Virus record (IMG/VR): IMGVR_UViG_3300030109_002585
From: an uncultured virus (IMG/VR IMGVR_UViG_3300030109_002585)
Taxonomy: Duplodnaviria > Heunggongvirae > Uroviricota > Caudoviricetes
Reading direction: 5' to 3' (one strand)
Length of the DNA stretch: 64,000 bases
Positions 59,783 through 64,000 of the stretch are shown in pieces. Every line of letters begins with the position of its first letter. Within the stretch, counting starts at the first letter, position 1. The notes under the pieces are model-generated. The model saw only the letters and a list, made by a program, of their open reading frames with translations, had not been told where the DNA came from and did no database searches. A program made the translations under genes and the position numbers.

Positions 59783-59939
59783 CTTTATTTTGGACACCCA
59801 CTATGGCACTTTAGACGACCATGTTTCATCAGTTATCTTCAATACTATCTTCATGGAGATAACCTGATGAGTATTCGTTTCCCCGTCATTTTTCTGTACC
59901 AAACTATTCGGTCAGATTGTGCCACAGTGAGTGTGGAAT

Positions 59940-60155
59940 CTATTCATCCCATAAAGCGGCCCTGAAATGTTTTTCGCTGAATGTGTGGCTATCTTCCTTT
60001 AGCATAACGCACATCTCATCAATTAAGTCTTCATGGCGGATTAGGCCATCAGACATAGTAACATGATTGATTACTTTCACTAATGCGAGATAATGTCTTT
60101 TCTGAAACTTGCTCATTCTTCTTCCTCTCCTGATAGGTCCAAGTCCCGAATACAC
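59940..60155 (-). CDS. Hypothetical protein (likely start MSKFQK)
   Basis: Coupled to the upstream ORF. Confidence 0.5.
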   Translation of the reverse strand: MYSGLGPIRRGRRMSKFQKRHYLALVKVINHVTMSDGLIRHEDLIDEMCVMLKEDSHTFSEKHFRAALWDE

Positions 60156-60589
60156 AATACAGCCGCATGGCGGTATTTATCGAATGCGTCGTCATTATCG
60201 AATAGCGTTTCAGCCATTTTATCCAATGAAACTGATACTATCGGTTTTATGTCGTCATCCTTAACCTTAATCAAGTGAAGTTGTTTCTGTAACTTCAACA
60301 ATTTATTGACTCTGCCTCTAATCCATGCACGGTCAATCATTTTGTTTCCTGTGATACTAACTTCATCTATTTGGACGATTCCGACATCTTTTCCAAAATC
60401 AACATAATCAACGCATGTAATTGTTAATTTGTCAAGGCTCATAGTCCATTCAATATCAGTGCTTGTATCTCTTTCATTCCACATGCTAACCATTGTGTTA
60501 GTATCTGTGAATTGATATACCATTTGTTTCTTGATAGTGCCGTCATTATACACCGTATCTCCGTAGGTCGTTGTTATATCCATATTCAT
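60113..60589 (-). CDS. Hypothetical protein
   Basis: 158 aa; GGAG RBS; downstream of repeat copy 7. Confidence 0.6.
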   Translation of the reverse strand: MNMDITTTYGDTVYNDGTIKKQMVYQFTDTNTMVSMWNERDTSTDIEWTMSLDKLTITCVDYVDFGKDVGIVQIDEVSITGNKMIDRAWIRGRVNKLLKLQKQLHLIKVKDDDIKPIVSVSLDKMAETLFDNDDAFDKYRHAAVLCIRDLDLSGEEEE

Positions 60590-61384
60590 TAACTCCTTTG
60601 AATAATAGCAATATTACTCTCTTTATAGGGTTGCACAAAGTAGCAACCATATGGTACTATTATGAGATATTGTTGTCTATATAGATGGGGTATATGAGCA
60701 TTGTTTTCTTTTAGAATGAAATGTTTCTATAATAAAACATAACACTTTAATTGAGTTGAAGGGATTATTTAGGTGATTTTCGCTTAAACTAAAACTCACC
60801 TATATATTTACAAATTTATCTATATAGTACCACATAGCATTATACAACCATATGGCTTTGTCCAAATTTTTAATATTGCTATATCAGTCTTATAATGCCA
60901 ACATTACATCATTAATTCATTAATATGAGCATTTGAAGGTTAATTATCTCGCCATTATACCGGCATACTTATACCATAAACAGGACTCGCTTAATACGGG
61001 ATTGATTGTGACTGATGCGGATGATGTATCTAAACTATTAAAAGACATAGTTGATGCTATTACACCAATACTTTCGGATATTAAATCTAATACTAAATCA
61101 GCATTGAATATACAAGTAAGTCAGGCAAATAAGGTTAAATTAAAAGAAATAGCAAAGAAACTTGAATCATTAAAGAGCAAGATTATACCATTATATCATT
61201 TAGATTATAAATCAGGTTCAACTACACAAACTTCATTAAATATAAAATAACATTAAATCATTAAGATTTTATTCTGGGAATACATAAGTTAATTAAAAAA
61301 GGCTGACGCTAGTGCCAAAAAAATTCCGCCACAATTTTTCAAAAACAAATTCTATTTTAAGCAATTAACAGGAAAAGGGTTATT

Positions 61385-61654
61385 ATGACATGGAAAGATG
61401 AGATTAGAAAAGACGATGAAGAAGATAGAAAGTATAAGATAATTGCACCTCTATTAGAAAAGTTAGAACAATATATAGAAGATAATAACTTAGACCAAGT
61501 ATCGTCTATTAAGAAAGCCTTTGACGAGTTAGAATTTGAATTAATGTCTGATATTGGATATACCGGCAAATATGAAAATGAAGGCGATACTCCTATGGAA
61601 GACGCTATGTATCGTGAAAGAGAAGCACAAGGCGATAGATATTCAATGATGTGA
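61385..61654 (+). CDS. MxW-motif hypothetical protein
   Basis: Starts MTWKDEIRK. Confidence 0.6.
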   Translation: MTWKDEIRKDDEEDRKYKIIAPLLEKLEQYIEDNNLDQVSSIKKAFDELEFELMSDIGYTGKYENEGDTPMEDAMYREREAQGDRYSMM

Positions 61655-61659
61655 TTGAT

Positions 61660-61917
61660 ATGACATGGAAAGATAAAATACAGAAAAAAATGCCTAAAGG
61701 AGAATTATTGGGCGGTATGGGTATGAGAATTACTGTTGATTCTCTTACCGCAAAAGAACGACTTTACAAAAGAATAAAAAGTGACGAAGCACAAACTTTG
61801 GCTGATTTTTTACAAGAGGCTAGAATTACCGCATTAGAACTAATGAGTAAAATTAATGATGCAAATAAATATTATGAAGAAAATAAAGATGCGCTTGATA
61901 GAAAAAAAGGCGATTGA
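61660..61917 (+). CDS. MxW-motif hypothetical protein
   Basis: Starts MTWKDKIQK. Confidence 0.6.
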   Translation: MTWKDKIQKKMPKGELLGGMGMRITVDSLTAKERLYKRIKSDEAQTLADFLQEARITALELMSKINDANKYYEENKDALDRKKGD

Positions 61918-61918
61918 T

Positions 61919-62086
61919 ATGACACGCTGTAATTACTTAGAAGACTGGTTCGATAATGAATCTGCTAAATTGGACAAAGTTGAAAATGACTATGGTAAGT
62001 GTTTAGTTACAGGTCAAAAGAAAAAGGCTACTACTTTAACTAAGGCTCAAGCATGGGCTAAAGTGTTTAGGAGGAATAAAGAATGA
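61919..62086 (+). CDS. Small hypothetical protein
   Basis: Likely start MTRCNYLEDW. Confidence 0.45.
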   Translation: MTRCNYLEDWFDNESAKLDKVENDYGKCLVTGQKKKATTLTKAQAWAKVFRRNKE

Positions 62087-62364
62087 GTTGGGAAGATATA
62101 GTGAAAGTATCAATTACAGAGGGTCTATTCAATCAGACAAAAGAAAAGATGAAAGACATAAAAGCAAAGTTAAGTAGTTTAGAGAAGAATAGTTATACGA
62201 AAACATCTTTAGAAAATATAGTTGATATTTATGAACAAGCAAAGAAGGCTCATAGGGAAAATAATAAAAAACTACTTGGATTTCATCTTAGAACAATGAC
62301 AATAATAGGAAAAGAAATATCAGACTACTTTGATGCACAGGATATAGGAGTTGTCAAGGAATGA
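62083..62364 (+). CDS. MxW-motif hypothetical protein
   Basis: Starts MSWEDIVK. Confidence 0.6.
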   Translation: MSWEDIVKVSITEGLFNQTKEKMKDIKAKLSSLEKNSYTKTSLENIVDIYEQAKKAHRENNKKLLGFHLRTMTIIGKEISDYFDAQDIGVVKE

Positions 62365-63074
62365 ATTGGAAAAATATACTAAAGAGAGAGAAACCACCCC
62401 TTGTCCCTGATGAAGCGAGGTTTAATATTCCTACTGGAAATTTAAATAATCCTCCTGAAAGCAGGTATTTTGAAAATGCACAGGTGCATTGGATGGAATC
62501 TGTTAAATTTGTAGGAGAAGAGTTAGAAAAGCGATATATACCTACTAAACAACACTTAGAAGCCATAAAAAAACCTTATAGGATAAAGTATAACGAAAGA
62601 TTGCGTAGTAGCCAACCTGAAAATTTGTTTGACTTCCATGCGACACTTTCAGATGAACAAGTGGAAAGCAGAAGGAAAGCGGCAACTGCGGCTTATAGAG
62701 TGGCCGAAGAAGCAATCAGAAAGGTTATTGACCCTTACATGGAGTTTTTGGGAAGTTGGGATAAAAAGAAAAACTTACAAGAAGCGAATAAAGAATGGGA
62801 ATATCTAACCCATAGAGTTATGCTCACTGTTCACACCGCATTAAACAATTTATTCCCAACAGTGGAAGACGCATACAGGTCTAGAAAGTTAAATGGTTTC
62901 TTGCATTGGAAAGGTGAATACTATCAGAATCTAATGAATAAGAAACTACCTGATACTATGGAACAAATTAAACCAGCGAAGAAACAACCATCGAAGAAAG
63001 AGCCTCCAAAGAAAAGAGACTATATGGCTGAAAGAAAGGAAAGAATAGAGCGTCTTAGGAGGGATAGGAAATGA
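62361..63074 (+). CDS. MxW-motif hypothetical protein
   Basis: Starts MNWKNILK. Confidence 0.6.
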   Translation: MNWKNILKREKPPLVPDEARFNIPTGNLNNPPESRYFENAQVHWMESVKFVGEELEKRYIPTKQHLEAIKKPYRIKYNERLRSSQPENLFDFHATLSDEQVESRRKAATAAYRVAEEAIRKVIDPYMEFLGSWDKKKNLQEANKEWEYLTHRVMLTVHTALNNLFPTVEDAYRSRKLNGFLHWKGEYYQNLMNKKLPDTMEQIKPAKKQPSKKEPPKKRDYMAERKERIERLRRDRK

Positions 63075-63454
63075 GTTGGGAAGATATAATGAAAAAGAAT
63101 CCTATGCGCTCAAGGTCGAATGCTGAAAAGAAAAAGAGGCGGGAAAACAAAAAGACTCTTGAAAGATTAAAAGGGGATTTAAGTTTTGATAAGGAATTGC
63201 TTCAGCAGTTGATAAGAAGAAGAGATGAACCTAATCGCAGAAAATCACAATATGGTGTAAAGTCAACTCATCGGTATTTAGATTCTGACGGAAGAGAGAA
63301 AGAGAGGTCTAAAACAGAAGCAGAAATGAAGAAAGAAAGGGCTGATAATATAAAAGAATACCAAGCCTTTTTAGATAAAATGAATAGTAAAATTAGACCT
63401 CTTGAAAAAGAGATTAAAGAAACCGAATCCCAAATCAAAGAATTAGAGGGATAG
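63071..63454 (+). CDS. MxW-motif basic coiled-coil protein
   Basis: Starts MSWEDIMKK. Confidence 0.6.
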   Translation: MSWEDIMKKNPMRSRSNAEKKKRRENKKTLERLKGDLSFDKELLQQLIRRRDEPNRRKSQYGVKSTHRYLDSDGREKERSKTEAEMKKERADNIKEYQAFLDKMNSKIRPLEKEIKETESQIKELEG

Positions 63455-63457
63455 GAT

Positions 63458-63754
63458 ATGAGTTGGAAGGATTCACTAAAGAAGTATCGAACCAATGTAA
63501 GTGGTTCCGGTGCGGTCCCTTTACAAGATGTTCAGAAAGACCATAAAGAATTAAGTCTGAAACTTAGAGGAATTATGGGTGCAGTTGGTAGTCTTAGAAA
63601 TAATATGCCACGAAGCGTTAGTAAAGTAATGGCTAAGTTAGATGAAATCAAAGAAGAAATATATAAAACAGAACAATTACTTGATTCTATGACTGAAGAA
63701 TATGACAGTATAGATAGAGATAATTGGGACAAGACAATGGAGGATTTACAATGA
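63458..63754 (+). CDS. MxW-motif coiled-coil protein
   Basis: Starts MSWKDSLKK. Confidence 0.6.
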   Translation: MSWKDSLKKYRTNVSGSGAVPLQDVQKDHKELSLKLRGIMGAVGSLRNNMPRSVSKVMAKLDEIKEEIYKTEQLLDSMTEEYDSIDRDNWDKTMEDLQ

Positions 63755-64000
63755 ATTGGTTTGATGTAATCAAGATGTTAACTCCTAGAGAGTTTCTAGA
63801 AAAATTAAACTTGGATGGTGACATCAAAGGCACTACCGGTAAGAAAGGCACTAACATGTCGCTTCAGCACGATGCTGGTTTTGTTAAAGTCAATCAATCT
63901 AAAACAGGACCATACATAGTAAATGTTGATGGTGAGAGATTTACTGATTATAGTTTAAGTAAGTTATTAACAGAAGTAATGGGCGCAGTTAAAAAGTCCC
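63751..64000 (+). CDS. MxW-motif hypothetical protein (runs off the window end)
   Basis: Read manually: MNWFDVIKMLTPREFLEK...; open to position 64000. Confidence 0.6.
   Translation, partial: MNWFDVIKMLTPREFLEKLNLDGDIKGTTGKKGTNMSLQHDAGFVKVNQSKTGPYIVNVDGERFTDYSLSKLLTEVMGAVKKS

Larger units (their letters stand above)
56596..60860. repeat. Dispersed palindromic repeat tagggt-N-caaag-N-ACCATATGGT-N-ctttg, 8 copies
   Basis: Cores at 56616, 57397, 57816, 58378, 58829, 59696, 60646 and 60847 (last is degenerate); half copy near 55868. Confidence 0.9.

Noticed and set aside
56596..60860. CRISPR array interpretation of the ACCATATGGT repeats
   Set aside because: Spacing is 200-950 bp and irregular, the intervals contain whole genes, and the repeats are degenerate
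60933..61250. 105-aa + strand ORF in the divergence zone
   Set aside because: TTG start, no clear RBS and no motif; it could be real but cannot be supported
1..64000. tRNA/rRNA genes, integrase, reverse transcriptase/DGR, capsid, portal and terminase
   Set aside because: None recognised by eye in this window; head genes presumably lie outside it, and tRNAscan-SE would be needed to exclude tRNAs

Overview
This 64 kb window is part of the genome of an AT-rich tailed dsDNA virus (siphovirus-like Caudoviricetes) that infects archaea. Its gene content fits a Marine Group II Euryarchaeota/Poseidoniales virus ('magrovirus'): TFIIB, archaeo-eukaryotic primase, RFC, PCNA-like clamp, XPF nuclease, split PolB, chaperonin and GGTGA-type ribosome-binding sites. 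The host is inferred from gene content only. Layout: (1) 1-17.6 kb, + strand tail module, including a chaperone pair with a -1 frameshift, a tape measure, a 2294-aa tail protein and fibres. (2) 17.7-55.2 kb, - strand replication and host-takeover module. (3) 55.3-61.3 kb, a repeat-rich accessory region built from cassette-like units. (4) 61.4-64 kb, + strand short genes that share an N-terminal MxWxD motif. The most notable observations are: a dispersed virus-encoded ubiquitin-like pathway (Ubl ending GG, ThiF/E1, JAB protease, possible E2-like protein); a cassette array delimited by a CAAAG..ACCATATGGT..CTTTG palindrome, with conserved-loop hairpins and a candidate ~460-nt ncRNA cassette; a shared N-terminal targeting-like motif on at least 8 proteins; two histone-fold candidates; and an HNH gene flanked by a 26-bp direct repeat inside the split PolB locus. 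All product calls come from motif recognition by eye; no database searches were run.
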